Source: a virus
Lineage: Duplodnaviria; Caudoviricetes
IMG/VR virus record: IMGVR_UViG_3300020598_000100
Coordinates: 1-44,093 of that record
Length of the DNA: 44,093 nt
Strand: one strand, 5' to 3'
Under the pieces are notes generated by a model, which was not told the origin of the DNA, made no database searches, and saw only the letters and a list, made by a program, of their open reading frames with translations. Positions 25,150-34,950 of this stretch are shown here, piece by piece (position 1 is the first letter of the stretch; each line of letters begins with the position of its first letter). A program made the translations under genes and the position numbers.

Positions 25150-26072
25150 TGATTACCGCGCCGACGACGATCGATCTTTCGCGCGTGCCGCCGCCGAACG
25201 CGATCGAGCCGCTCGATTATGAGGCGCTGTTCGCCGCCTTCGTCAGCCGCTTCAAGGCGGCCTGGGAGCGCATGCGGGCGGTCGATCCGACGCTGCCGGC
25301 CTACGACGTGGAGATGCTGGAAACCGATCCGGCGATGATCACCGGCGAGGCGTGGAGTTATCTGCGCCTGCGCGACCGGGCACGCGTCAATGACGCCGTG
25401 CGGGCCGTGCTGGCGCCGCTGGCGCGTGGCACCAATCTCGACAACGTTGCGGCACGTGTGAACATCGAGCGGCTGGTCGTGATCCCGGCGACGGCGAACT
25501 CGCCGGCGGTGATGGAAAGCGATACGCAGCTCCTGCGCCGTTACCTGATGGCCTTCGATCGGCCGTCGGCCGGCTCGCGCGACCGTTATCTCTTTGAGGC
25601 GTTTAGCGCTTGGCCGGGAATGCTGGACGCGGCAGTGATTGGCCGCGCGGTCCACGGCCGCCGCGGCGACACCGACATTGTGATCATCGGCCCGGGCGGC
25701 GCGCTGCCGACTACCGAGCAGGTGCGGGCAGTGCGTGACGCGGTGACGGCGACGGACGTCAAGCCGGAGGCGACCGCAGTGACGGTGATCCCGGCCGTGC
25801 GGACGACCTATAGCGTCTCGCTGGTGCTGACGCTGCCGCAGGGGCCCGATCCGAGCGTCGTGATTGTCGACGCGCGGGCGCGGGTTGATGCCGCGATCGC
25901 GCAGCGGACGCTGATCGGCGCCGAAGCGCCGGTGTGGGCCATCGCCGGGGCCGCCTACGGCGACAACGTCATTCGGGTGCGGGTGATCGCGCCGGAGGCC
26001 GATATCCCGGCTGATCCCTATGCGGTGCCGGTGTGCACCGGCGTCACGATAACGGCAGAGGTGCAGGGATGA
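25149..26072 (+). CDS. Baseplate assembly protein (P2 gpJ-like)
   Basis: IDLSRVPPPNAIEPLDYE, RARVNDA, ARGTNLD, MESD, SAGS. Confidence 0.93.
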   Translation: MITAPTTIDLSRVPPPNAIEPLDYEALFAAFVSRFKAAWERMRAVDPTLPAYDVEMLETDPAMITGEAWSYLRLRDRARVNDAVRAVLAPLARGTNLDNVAARVNIERLVVIPATANSPAVMESDTQLLRRYLMAFDRPSAGSRDRYLFEAFSAWPGMLDAAVIGRAVHGRRGDTDIVIIGPGGALPTTEQVRAVRDAVTATDVKPEATAVTVIPAVRTTYSVSLVLTLPQGPDPSVVIVDARARVDAAIAQRTLIGAEAPVWAIAGAAYGDNVIRVRVIAPEADIPADPYAVPVCTGVTITAEVQG

Positions 26073-26428
26073 CCAGGTGCGAACTTTTGGACTGGAGCCG
26101 TCGACTTGCATGTGAGTTGCTCGGCACAGCAGATGTTCTGGTCACCGATCCGATGTTCGTCGCTTGCGAGGCCGCAGTTTTCGCGTTCGATAAGGCGATT
26201 TCCTCGCCGGAGCCTGTGTTTGTGATTACGCATGTGATCGATGCGTTGTTGCCAACCGCCACCCATATCGAACGCGGCATGGCGATTGGAATCGCATTGA
26301 TGCTGCGAGTTACCTCAAATGGCTCCCACATGGCTGAGCATCCTTGCTTCTCGCCGAGTTACGGCGAGGTAGCTATTGCGTTTGAAAAGGCTCAAGAGGA
26401 CTGGTCCGGAGCGTTGCTCCGCAAATGA
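26069..26428 (+). CDS. Hypothetical protein inserted between J and I
   Basis: ATGA overlaps at both ends; lower GC and atypical codons. Confidence 0.5.
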   Translation: MTRCELLDWSRRLACELLGTADVLVTDPMFVACEAAVFAFDKAISSPEPVFVITHVIDALLPTATHIERGMAIGIALMLRVTSNGSHMAEHPCFSPSYGEVAIAFEKAQEDWSGALLRK

Positions 26429-27060
26429 CAACCGCCGCCAACTTGCTCCCGCGCAACCTGGCGCCGTTCGAGATTGCGCTCGGGGAGGCGATGACCGACG
26501 AGCTGCCGGTACCGATCCGGGTGATCGTCGACCCGGCCGAGACGCCGGAAGAGTTTCTGCCGTTTCTGGCTGCGCACGAAAGCGTCGATCTGTGGTTTGA
26601 CGACTGGTCGACTGACCGCAAGCGCGAGATGGTCGGCGAAGCGCCGGTTCTGGCGACGCTGAAAGGCACGCGGGACGGCTCAACCCGGTTCCTGTCCTAT
26701 GTCGACGGCACGTTGCTCGACGTCATCGCGCACCCGACGCGGTTCGTGATGGGGCGGGCCATTCTCGGCCGCACGCCGATCGGCCACCCGGCCTTCGTCG
26801 CGCGCTACCTCGTGCATATCGAAACATTCGCGCCAAAGCGGTCGTTCGTGATGGGGCGCGGCGTCATCGGCCGCGCACGGCTGAAAACGCCGAGTCGCGA
26901 GAAATTCCAGCGAGTTCTGATTTCGCTCCGGGTGGCGAAGGCGCCGGAAACCGAGATCCGCGTCGACTTCCGCCACAAGCGGATGCTGACGCTCACCGAC
27001 GCGCCGCCGCTCGATGCCGGCTTCTACCTTGGTCAGTACCTCGACCGCTCAAAACTCTGA
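26425..27060 (+). CDS. Tail protein (P2 gpI-like)
   Basis: LLPRN...DPAETPEEFLPFLA...SVDLW...KGT. Confidence 0.9.
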   Translation: MTTAANLLPRNLAPFEIALGEAMTDELPVPIRVIVDPAETPEEFLPFLAAHESVDLWFDDWSTDRKREMVGEAPVLATLKGTRDGSTRFLSYVDGTLLDVIAHPTRFVMGRAILGRTPIGHPAFVARYLVHIETFAPKRSFVMGRGVIGRARLKTPSREKFQRVLISLRVAKAPETEIRVDFRHKRMLTLTDAPPLDAGFYLGQYLDRSKL

Positions 27061-27067
27061 GGTCTCA

Positions 27068-29389
27068 ATGTCCAAAGCTGTAATTTTCAACGAGGATGAG
27101 GTCTCCGAGGCGACCGACTTCTCGAACATCGGCGCTTTTGCCCGGCAGGACGCGCAGGCGATCATCGGTGGCGCGATTGCCTATCCGCACCACTGGTCGC
27201 GGTTCACAATCTCGCAGCCGAGCGCCGTGACGCTGCGGATCAATCCCGGCACGCTGTTTGTCGATGATCGCGCATACACGTCTGGCGAGGCGATCGACCT
27301 CAACCTGCAGCAGTGGCTTCCGCTCGTCACCGGCGACCGGAAATGGATCGCGCTGCTGGTGCGCGGCTTTGAGGAGACGGTCCACGACAATCGCCTGATC
27401 GAGACCGACGTCGACACCGGCGAGACGGTGCTGCAGGCGGTGCCGAAAACCAGTGCGCTGCGCATTCAGATCGTGGTGCAGGACGGCCTGCCGTCGCCCG
27501 GACCGATCAAGCCCAGCGTGCCTGGCGATCAGTGCTGTCTTGCCTTCGTCGAACTTTCGACGATCGGCATCGGCACCATCGAGCCGGGCGAGACGTGGCG
27601 GCTGAAGACGCTGTATGAGATCGAGGGCCGCGTCACCCAGCTCGAAGGCGACATGACCGACATTCGCCAGCGCACGGCCCAGCTCGAGACGGACGTCGCG
27701 TTCATCACCAACCAGTTGCGCCTGATCCCGCGGCCCGAGATCGTCGAGGAGATGAAGCGCGACATTGCCGCGATGCGACGCGATGCAGCGGTTCCCGACG
27801 AGACGCGCTCCTACTGGTACGATCCGTGCCTGATCAAGAAGGATTGGGATGATCAGCACCCGAGCTGGCTGGCCCGCATTCGCGAGGGCGGCCGGCATGC
27901 CTATGCGCAGATTGTCGACAGCCAGCTTTCGCTACTGAACCCCGCCGATCCCAAGCTGCGCATTACCGACAAGATGGTCCTGCCGAAGTGGCAGGAAGTC
28001 ACGCGCATTGCCGTCGAAGGGAATGACGGCTCGGAGGACATCTCTCAGGTCGTCCATACCGAGATCGAAGCAATTCAGAACACGATCTCGCGGAGCTCGA
28101 TCTCTTACGGCCCATCGGTTTCGGTGTGCGAAAACAACAAAGAATGGATCAACATCGGCAAGGTCCATCCCGGCGAAACGTTCAATGTGAACGGTGTCGA
28201 GTACGTTTCGGCTGGCCTGTCCAAGGAAACCAGCATTCAGTACATGCATGAGGACCGCATCGTCGATGCGGCTGCGTGGAATGCCGATCCGCAGTCGGAA
28301 GGTCACAAGAGCTATACCGTTCAGCAGGTCATCCGCGAGAGTTGGACCGAGACCTATTGGACCTACATCACGCACAAGTTCGGCCTCAATGGCGCAATCT
28401 TCGGTCAAACGCTGCTGAACTCGCAGCAGATGATCATGACCTCGATCGACCTCTATTTCACCCGCGTTGGCTCGACTGGCGACGTCCATCTGTTGTTCTG
28501 CGAGGTCGACTCTGGCGGGCGGCCGCAATTCAAGAACGTCATCGCGTCGACGACGCTGACCAAATCTCAGCTCAAGACCGGTTGGGTCCGTTTCCCGTTC
28601 ACGCCGACACTGCTGACCGCCGGGCGCCGATATGCCTGGTTCACGGTGACGGTCGGCAACCATGCGCTCGCATATGTGAGGGACAACAAATTCGCGCAGG
28701 GCTCGAAGTTCGTCTGCACGGACGGCGCATGGGCGCAGGGTAGCACGACCGAGGATTTCGCCTTCCGCATCAACGCGGCGCAGTTCGATAGCCCGCTGAC
28801 GGTTGTTGAGTTCTCGCCGCTGACCTGTCCTCTCGGCATGACCGAGATCCAGTTGCTTTACAGCGGCTGGGAGGCGCCGGGCACTGCGCTGAACTGGGAA
28901 ATCAAGCCGGTCGGCACCGACAAGTGGCTGCCGCTCAATCCATCGCCGACCCTTGATCAAAGCCCGCTCTACGGCCAGCCGGCGCTGGCCCAGCTTCGTT
29001 GCTCCTTCATCGGAACGACGGACCTGCAGCCGGCGCTCTTGCTCGACAGCACCGCGCGCAGCGCCGCGATGCGAATGCGCTCCGACATGACGGCGATCTC
29101 GAAGGTGCGGAGCTGGAGCTTCAACACAACGCAGATCGTGACGCAGACCGTCGTCGACAGCTTCTATCCCGACAACAACACCTTCCAAAACAAGGTGATG
29201 ATCGGAACGACGGAATATTCGCCCGATGCAACGACGGTGACGGTCGATCGCGACAAGCCGAGCCGCCGCACCTACCGCTCCGTGTTCACGGTGCCGTCGA
29301 CAAATAATGCGCGGTACATCGGCAAATCGACAACCGACAACGTTTGCCTGCAGCCGTTCATCCAGAACGCGGCGATGTACGCGATCTAA
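27068..29389 (+). CDS. Large baseplate/tail-associated structural protein
   Basis: 773 aa, beta-rich, central coiled coil, follows gpI; GAGG RBS. Confidence 0.7.
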   Translation: MSKAVIFNEDEVSEATDFSNIGAFARQDAQAIIGGAIAYPHHWSRFTISQPSAVTLRINPGTLFVDDRAYTSGEAIDLNLQQWLPLVTGDRKWIALLVRGFEETVHDNRLIETDVDTGETVLQAVPKTSALRIQIVVQDGLPSPGPIKPSVPGDQCCLAFVELSTIGIGTIEPGETWRLKTLYEIEGRVTQLEGDMTDIRQRTAQLETDVAFITNQLRLIPRPEIVEEMKRDIAAMRRDAAVPDETRSYWYDPCLIKKDWDDQHPSWLARIREGGRHAYAQIVDSQLSLLNPADPKLRITDKMVLPKWQEVTRIAVEGNDGSEDISQVVHTEIEAIQNTISRSSISYGPSVSVCENNKEWINIGKVHPGETFNVNGVEYVSAGLSKETSIQYMHEDRIVDAAAWNADPQSEGHKSYTVQQVIRESWTETYWTYITHKFGLNGAIFGQTLLNSQQMIMTSIDLYFTRVGSTGDVHLLFCEVDSGGRPQFKNVIASTTLTKSQLKTGWVRFPFTPTLLTAGRRYAWFTVTVGNHALAYVRDNKFAQGSKFVCTDGAWAQGSTTEDFAFRINAAQFDSPLTVVEFSPLTCPLGMTEIQLLYSGWEAPGTALNWEIKPVGTDKWLPLNPSPTLDQSPLYGQPALAQLRCSFIGTTDLQPALLLDSTARSAAMRMRSDMTAISKVRSWSFNTTQIVTQTVVDSFYPDNNTFQNKVMIGTTEYSPDATTVTVDRDKPSRRTYRSVFTVPSTNNARYIGKSTTDNVCLQPFIQNAAMYAI

Positions 29390-29404
29390 ACAGGGAGATG
29401 CACC

Positions 29405-29590
29405 ATGGCGGAAAGTCCGTCTGCGCCGGCCTATGAGCCGGCACTGCAATACGACGTCGTGCTCAAGGCGCCGGTGACGATCAGCGGCTTGAAGTTCTTG
29501 CCGCTCGATCAGCACGAGATGAGCGGCGCATTTCTCAATCGTATCGTTGCGGAGCATCCGGATGCCGTCGAATCTGCCGTCGCCCGATAA
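29405..29590 (+). CDS. Small tail-region hypothetical protein
   Basis: GGGAG RBS; typical codon usage. Confidence 0.65.
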   Translation: MAESPSAPAYEPALQYDVVLKAPVTISGLKFLPLDQHEMSGAFLNRIVAEHPDAVESAVAR

Positions 29591-31046
29591 CGACTACGCC
29601 GCGCCGCCGAACATGCCGCTGAACAAGGCGGCATGGGATGCCTTCGCCGTGAGCTGCGGCGAGCGCCTGCGCGAGCTCGAAGCGCAGCGGGCGGAGTTTC
29701 AGGCGCTGATCGACGCCGGCACCGGGCAGGCGCTGGCGGTTATTCAAGAAAATGTGAGCCCGCACGTTGCCGCGATCACGGCGCAGATCGAGACCCTGCA
29801 GATCCTGATCGCGTTGGCCGAGGACAAGATCGCGGCCATTATTGGTGGCGGCGTCGGGGCCGATCAGGTGTCGGAGACCGCGACGCGGGTGTTCTTGACG
29901 CCGGAACAGCGGGCGCTGATCGGGCCCATGGCCGAGGCGCTGCTGACAGCGGTGCGTGGGCCAGTGACGGCGACGGACGGCAACATTCCGCTGTTCGATG
30001 GCAGTCCGTACAAGGTCAAGGATAGCGGCCGCTCGATCTCGACGATCGGCTCGCTGGCGCGCTCGGCGCGCACGGCCAACACCGCGCTCGCCAAGGCCGA
30101 CAACGGCACGCTGATCGACATCACGTCGGGGACCTTCACGCAGACCTTTGCCGCGGCGGCCGGTCTCGGTGACGGCTGGCACTGCCATATCCGCAATTCC
30201 GGCAGCGGCGACATCACGCTCGATCCGGACGGTGCGGAGACGATCGACGGCCTCGCCTCGTTCATCATGTATCCCGGCGAGTGCCGGCTGATCATGTGCA
30301 CCGGCGCGGCGTTTCACAGCGTCGTCGTCAACGCGTTCTTCAAGACGTTCACAGCGTCCGGAAACTTCGTGAAGCCGCCGGGCTACGGTGGGTTTGGTGG
30401 GATGGCCTGGGGTGGCGGTGGCGGTGGTGGAAGTGGCGGCGGAAGCCGAGGCGGTGGTGGGGGTGGCGGCTCTGGCCTTCCGTTCGAGATCGGTCATGCA
30501 GTGTTTGGTTCCGCTGGAACGTCTACTCCGGTGCAAATCGGATCTGGCGGTGCGGGGGCCAGCAGCGGTGCTGCCGGTGGTAGCGGCGGTACCACGACAC
30601 TTGGATCGATAATTTCTGTTTTTGGTGGTGGCGGCGCCGGCACCGGCCCCACCGCCGGCGGCGGTGGCGGTGGCATCTTCTCATCGGGAGCCACCAATGG
30701 CGTTGGTGGTGGTCCTTTTGGTGGCGTGAGCGGAACGCCGCAAAGCATTTACGGTGGCGGCTATCTCGGTGCGGCATCTGTTCTTGGTGGTGGTGGTGGT
30801 GGTAGCACGAGTAGCGACGCGACTGCGGGCGGACTGTCTGTCTTCGGTGGTGGCGGTGGCGGCGGCGCCGGTAGCTCGATGTTTGCTGGCGGGGCATCTT
30901 CGATCGGCGGAAAGGGCGGTTCCGGCAAGGACGCCACGAATGGCGAAGATGGCTACGCCCCAGCCGGTGGCGGTGGCGCGACGAGGGCAGGAGCCAAAGG
31001 CGGCGACGGTGCTCGCGGCGAGCTGCGCATTTGGGGGATCATCTGA
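29562..31046 (+). CDS. Tail fibre protein with glycine-rich C-terminal domain
   Basis: N-terminal coiled coil; FTASGNFVKPPG...WGGGGGGG...GARGELRIW Gly-rich domain; GGAG RBS. Confidence 0.8.
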   Translation: MPSNLPSPDNDYAAPPNMPLNKAAWDAFAVSCGERLRELEAQRAEFQALIDAGTGQALAVIQENVSPHVAAITAQIETLQILIALAEDKIAAIIGGGVGADQVSETATRVFLTPEQRALIGPMAEALLTAVRGPVTATDGNIPLFDGSPYKVKDSGRSISTIGSLARSARTANTALAKADNGTLIDITSGTFTQTFAAAAGLGDGWHCHIRNSGSGDITLDPDGAETIDGLASFIMYPGECRLIMCTGAAFHSVVVNAFFKTFTASGNFVKPPGYGGFGGMAWGGGGGGGSGGGSRGGGGGGGSGLPFEIGHAVFGSAGTSTPVQIGSGGAGASSGAAGGSGGTTTLGSIISVFGGGGAGTGPTAGGGGGGIFSSGATNGVGGGPFGGVSGTPQSIYGGGYLGAASVLGGGGGGSTSSDATAGGLSVFGGGGGGGAGSSMFAGGASSIGGKGGSGKDATNGEDGYAPAGGGGATRAGAKGGDGARGELRIWGII

Positions 31047-31507
31047 TGACCGCTCACGTGAACATGGCCGTCATCAAGGATGGCGTCGTCGTCAATGTCA
31101 TCGTTGCCGAACCGGGCTTTACGTTGCCGGGGCATACGCTGGTCGAGGCCGGCTCCGCGTCGATCGGCTGGACGTGGGACGGCGAGGAGTTTTCGCCGCC
31201 GCCGACCGAGCCGCTGCCGGTGCCGCAGGAGGTGTCGCGCCGCCAGCTCCTGACTGGTCTTGCGCTGGTCGGCTGGATCACCGAGCAGGAGGCGATGGAC
31301 GCGCTGGCGACCGGCGCGCGGCCGGCGTCGGTCGACCTGCTGATCAGCCAGTTGCCGGAAGCCGAGCAATTCCCGGCCACGATGAAATGGATCGGCTTCT
31401 CGGTCGCCTATCGCAACGACGCGATGGTCCTCGCGCTGGCCGATCTTGAAGGCAAGTCGCCGGCCGAGGTCGATGACTTCTTCCGGCTCTGTGCGGGCAT
31501 CGAATAG
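31046..31507 (+). CDS. Tail fibre-associated / assembly protein
   Basis: AVIKDGVVVNVIV...IGWTWDGEEFSPP and VSRRQLL...EVDDFF motifs commonly found after Gly-rich fibres. Confidence 0.7.
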   Translation: MTAHVNMAVIKDGVVVNVIVAEPGFTLPGHTLVEAGSASIGWTWDGEEFSPPPTEPLPVPQEVSRRQLLTGLALVGWITEQEAMDALATGARPASVDLLISQLPEAEQFPATMKWIGFSVAYRNDAMVLALADLEGKSPAEVDDFFRLCAGIE

Positions 31508-31518
31508 AGGTGGCCACG

Positions 31519-31686
31519 ATGACGTTTGCAGAAGAAATGGCGCAGGCGCATGCGGATTATGCGAGCAAGGTTCTACCTGGCTTCGACGAGGCGATCGAAA
31601 AGGCCCGGCGGGACCTCAAAAATTCGATGGAAGGCCTCGGCCAATCGTGTGGCCGCCCTCAGCTTCGCGCCGCAGAATCTGATTGA
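31519..31686 (+). CDS. 55-aa hypothetical protein (below ORF-track cutoff)
   Basis: GAGGTG RBS; MTFAEEMAQAHADYASKVLPGFDEAIEKARRDLKNS... Confidence 0.45.
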   Translation: MTFAEEMAQAHADYASKVLPGFDEAIEKARRDLKNSMEGLGQSCGRPQLRAAESD

Positions 31687-31975
31687 CCAAGTTGCCGTAC
31701 AGAACGGTAGGAGCTTCAGGATCTGTAGGATGAAGGCGCGAGGTCAATCCGTCGATCTCGCGAATGGCGTCTTTTCGGTCTAGTGCGCCTCGTTTCTCCA
31801 GGGCAATCACGACCGCTGCAACGGTTGCCGCAGAGGCGAAGTGGGCATTTTTGATACCTTGCCCGACTGGTTTCATTTCTTCGAGATGGGTTTCGAGCAC
31901 CTTGCCCATTGCGCCGATGATTTCGCTAAGGCGCCGGACCTCCATCTCCAACTTCGTAATTTCGCCGCTCGACAT
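31616..31975 (-). CDS. Hypothetical protein, antisense moron in the late operon
   Basis: Very strong RBS GGAGGAGG; helical protein; lower GC. Confidence 0.7.
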   Translation of the reverse strand: MSSGEITKLEMEVRRLSEIIGAMGKVLETHLEEMKPVGQGIKNAHFASAATVAAVVIALEKRGALDRKDAIREIDGLTSRLHPTDPEAPTVLYGNLVNQILRREAEGGHTIGRGLPSNF

Positions 31976-32028
31976 TCTTCCTCCTCCCGGTTTTCGGGGG
32001 AGCGTAGCTATCGGGATTTGAAGAGTCC

Positions 32029-32382
32029 ATGACCACCCATCTCGACCTTTCCGCCGCGAACAACGCGACGTGGACCTCAGACGAGATCCCGCTGCGCGAT
32101 GCCGCCGGCGCTGTGCTCGCGATGCCGGAAGGCGTCAAGGTGCGGATGCAACTGCGGCAACCGGCCGACAGCGTCAACGTCGCCCTCGACCTCTCGATCG
32201 GCAACGGCCTTTCCTTCGTCGACCAGGAAGCCGCAATCATCAGGGTCGAAGTTTCCGCCACACGGATGCGCGACATCGCGCCCGCCGCCTACGCCTACGA
32301 CATTATCGTCGAACAGCCGACCGGCCGTGTGATCCGCGCGGTCGAAGGCACCGTCACCATCGCCCAGGGCGTCACGCGATAG
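32029..32382 (+). CDS. Virion structural protein (BppU-N-like, putative)
   Basis: VRMQLR...YAYDIIV...RAVEGTVTIAQGVTR. Confidence 0.65.
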   Translation: MTTHLDLSAANNATWTSDEIPLRDAAGAVLAMPEGVKVRMQLRQPADSVNVALDLSIGNGLSFVDQEAAIIRVEVSATRMRDIAPAAYAYDIIVEQPTGRVIRAVEGTVTIAQGVTR

Positions 32383-32414
32383 CCCTTTCGTAACTACCCC
32401 AAGCCCCTCGAGCA

Positions 32415-32442
32415 CCGCCCATTTCGGGCGGCGTTTTTGTTT
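32415..32442 (+). terminator. Intrinsic terminator before the sheath gene
   Basis: CCGCCC-ATTTC-GGGCGG then CGTTTTTGTTT. Confidence 0.6.
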
Positions 32443-32455
32443 GGAGAAGCAGCAA

Positions 32456-33934
32456 ATGACTGAACCGGTTTTTGGCCTGACTTTTATGCGCGACGACAAC
32501 GAGCCGCGTCCGGTCGTTGCCAGCGATATGAGCGTCGTCGGCCTCGTCGGCACGGCGCCCGATGCCGATGAGGCGAAATTTCCGCTCGATCAGCCTGTCC
32601 TCATGTTCTCGTCGGACCGGGCATCGCTGACCGCTCTCGGCACGACCGGCACCATCCCCGATGCCATTCGCCTGCTGAACCTGCAGCTCGGCGATAACCA
32701 AATCTCGGCCAAGGTTGTCGTCGTCCGCATCGCTGAGGGTGATGATGATCTGGAGACGATCGCGAACATTCTTGGCGACGAGGGGGCCGGTTCCGGCCTC
32801 TATGCCCTGCTGCGCGCCGGCCCGGATCTTGGCGCAATTCCGCGGCTGCTCGGCGTGCCGGATTATACCCACCAGCTTGTCGCCGGTATCGGCGACGTGA
32901 TGATCGTCGGCGGCGAGGATTATGCAACGGCGCCGACCGCGACAATCACCGGCGGCTCCCCGGTGCGGCCGGCCGTGGTCGACAAGGTAACCGTGCAGGG
33001 TGGGAAGGTGACCGCGATTTCGTTCACCGATCGCGGCCTATACCTTTCCTCTCCGACGATCACCTTTGCGGGCGGCGGCGGCAGCGGAGCGTCGGCAACC
33101 GTCACGCTCGAGCAGACGGGCAATGCCGTCTGTGCGGCGCTGGCCGGCATCACCACGAAACTGAGTGCTCACGCCGTTGTCGAAGGACCCGGCACGACCT
33201 CAATCGCAATCAAGAACTGGCGCGAGGGTATGCAGTCGCCGCGGCTCATTCCGATCGATGCCCGCGTCAAGGTGGCGAAGGGCGCCGGTGTTGCCGTGGT
33301 CTCGGGCGTCGGGGCGGTGCTCGGCATCGCGGTGCGCCGTGATCACGAATTCCGCGGCGTGCCGAGCCGTTCATGGGCCAATCAGCCGATTCACGGCATC
33401 ATCGGCCCCGCCCGCTCCGTCGCGTTTTCGCTGGTCGACGGTGCAACCGAAGGGCAGGACCTGCTGGCGGCCAATGTCGGCATTCTGGTCCGCGGCGAGC
33501 TCGGCGTGGAATCGGCAATCGCCAATTCCGGTTTTGTGTTCATCGGCACCGACAACGCCGCCGATGATCCGGTCTGGCAGTTCTACAACGTCACCCGCAT
33601 GCGCGACTATATCGAGCTCGGGTTCATGCGGACGCTGCGCTTCTACCTTGGCCGCTACAATATCACCGGCCATGCGATCCAGGCGGTTCTGAACACGATG
33701 GGCTTCAACCTTCGTGATCTCCGCGCCGACAATCACATCCTCGGCTATCGCGTCGGGTTCGAGCCCGACAAGAACTCGCCGGAAAATCTCCGGCTGGGCC
33801 GCTTCCGCTGCTACTTCATGGCCGAGGAGGCGCCGGTCCTGCGCCGCATCGATGTCGACAGTCGCCGCTATCGTCCGGCTCTCGACCGTCTCGTGCAGGA
33901 TCTCATGTCGCAGATCGGCGAGATTTCCGGCTGA
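32456..33934 (+). CDS. Tail sheath protein (P2 FI-like)
   Basis: VVGLVGTAPDAD...FPLDQPV, SWANQPI, WQFYNVTR; GGAG RBS. Confidence 0.93.
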   Translation: MTEPVFGLTFMRDDNEPRPVVASDMSVVGLVGTAPDADEAKFPLDQPVLMFSSDRASLTALGTTGTIPDAIRLLNLQLGDNQISAKVVVVRIAEGDDDLETIANILGDEGAGSGLYALLRAGPDLGAIPRLLGVPDYTHQLVAGIGDVMIVGGEDYATAPTATITGGSPVRPAVVDKVTVQGGKVTAISFTDRGLYLSSPTITFAGGGGSGASATVTLEQTGNAVCAALAGITTKLSAHAVVEGPGTTSIAIKNWREGMQSPRLIPIDARVKVAKGAGVAVVSGVGAVLGIAVRRDHEFRGVPSRSWANQPIHGIIGPARSVAFSLVDGATEGQDLLAANVGILVRGELGVESAIANSGFVFIGTDNAADDPVWQFYNVTRMRDYIELGFMRTLRFYLGRYNITGHAIQAVLNTMGFNLRDLRADNHILGYRVGFEPDKNSPENLRLGRFRCYFMAEEAPVLRRIDVDSRRYRPALDRLVQDLMSQIGEISG

Positions 33935-33995
33935 CGCACGGCCGTTCGCAGCATCTCACCCCATTTTCCATTTTTCGATTTAAGGAGACCGTCCA

Positions 33996-34535
33996 ATGGC
34001 TGGAGCGGGCACTGTCTACATGATGACTGCCGCAAACCTGTTTTGCGGGGATCACGATCCGACGAAATCGAAGCACCTCACGCTCGACGAGCTCACCTTG
34101 CCGGCGCTTGAGGAGAACTATTCGGAGCATCACCCTGGCGGCGCTCCTGTCGGCGTCGAGTTCAGCGTCGGCATCAAGAAATTCGAGTCGAGTTTCAAGC
34201 TGAAGGGCGAGCATCCGGACCTGTTGACCGAATTCGGGCTCGGCAGCAAGGTCCGCAACCCGTTCACCGCTTATGGCGTGGTCAAGGACACCCGGACAGG
34301 GCGCCAGTTCGAGTCGAAAGCGATCATCGAGGCGCGGCTCGGCGTGATCCGCCCCGACGCATTCAAACGCGGCGAGCACCGCGGGCACGACTATGCGCTC
34401 AACGAGATCATGCACCTTGAATATTACTTCGACGGCGCCGAGAAGCTGTTCTGGGATTTTTTCACCAACACCTGGCGCGTCAATGGGCTCGATCAGAACG
34501 CGGACGATAACCGGCTTCTCCGGATCTCCGGCTAA
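33996..34535 (+). CDS. Major tail tube protein (P2 FII-like)
   Basis: ELTLPAL...PGG...VNGLDQ; AAGGAG RBS; follows sheath. Confidence 0.92.
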   Translation: MAGAGTVYMMTAANLFCGDHDPTKSKHLTLDELTLPALEENYSEHHPGGAPVGVEFSVGIKKFESSFKLKGEHPDLLTEFGLGSKVRNPFTAYGVVKDTRTGRQFESKAIIEARLGVIRPDAFKRGEHRGHDYALNEIMHLEYYFDGAEKLFWDFFTNTWRVNGLDQNADDNRLLRISG

Positions 34536-34587
34536 GCCGCTTTAGTCCCTGTTGCACCCCCGCAGATAAGTTTCGCGACCAATTCCA

Positions 34588-34950
34588 GTGAGCGCAGCAA
34601 TGGATGACATGCCTGTAGCGGCCGCCGAGCGGCCGCAATTCGTCGACGCCGCCAGGCGGATCAAGGTCGAGGTTCTCGACTATCCGGTGACCTATGCCGG
34701 AAAGACTTACGACCGGATCGAGATCCGCCGACTCACTGCCGCCGAGGTCGCGGCGACCGTGGAGGAGATCAGGAAGCAGGCGGAGGAAGATCCGAACGGT
34801 AACCTCCATTTCCCGATGTATTTCGACGTGGATGGCCAGCCGGTGCCGCAAGCCCTGCTCGACGGTCTCGATGACGACGACGCGAGCCGCATTCAGGCGA
34901 CGGTGAATGATTTTTTGCCCCGCCGGTTCCGTGGGAGCGGGGAGGAGTAA
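34588..34950 (+). CDS. Tail assembly chaperone (gpE-like)
   Basis: LDYPV...IEIRRLTA...LDDDD...VNDFLP. Confidence 0.85.
   Translation: MSAAMDDMPVAAAERPQFVDAARRIKVEVLDYPVTYAGKTYDRIEIRRLTAAEVAATVEEIRKQAEEDPNGNLHFPMYFDVDGQPVPQALLDGLDDDDASRIQATVNDFLPRRFRGSGEE

Noticed and set aside
26044-26331. Minus-strand 95-aa ORF as the real gene of the J-I insert
   Set aside because: S/T/A/N-rich composition typical of an off-frame antisense; the plus ORF is coupled at both ends
29562-31507. Diversity-generating retroelement or invertible fibre cassette
   Set aside because: No reverse transcriptase, template/variable repeat pair, invertase or flanking inverted repeats seen
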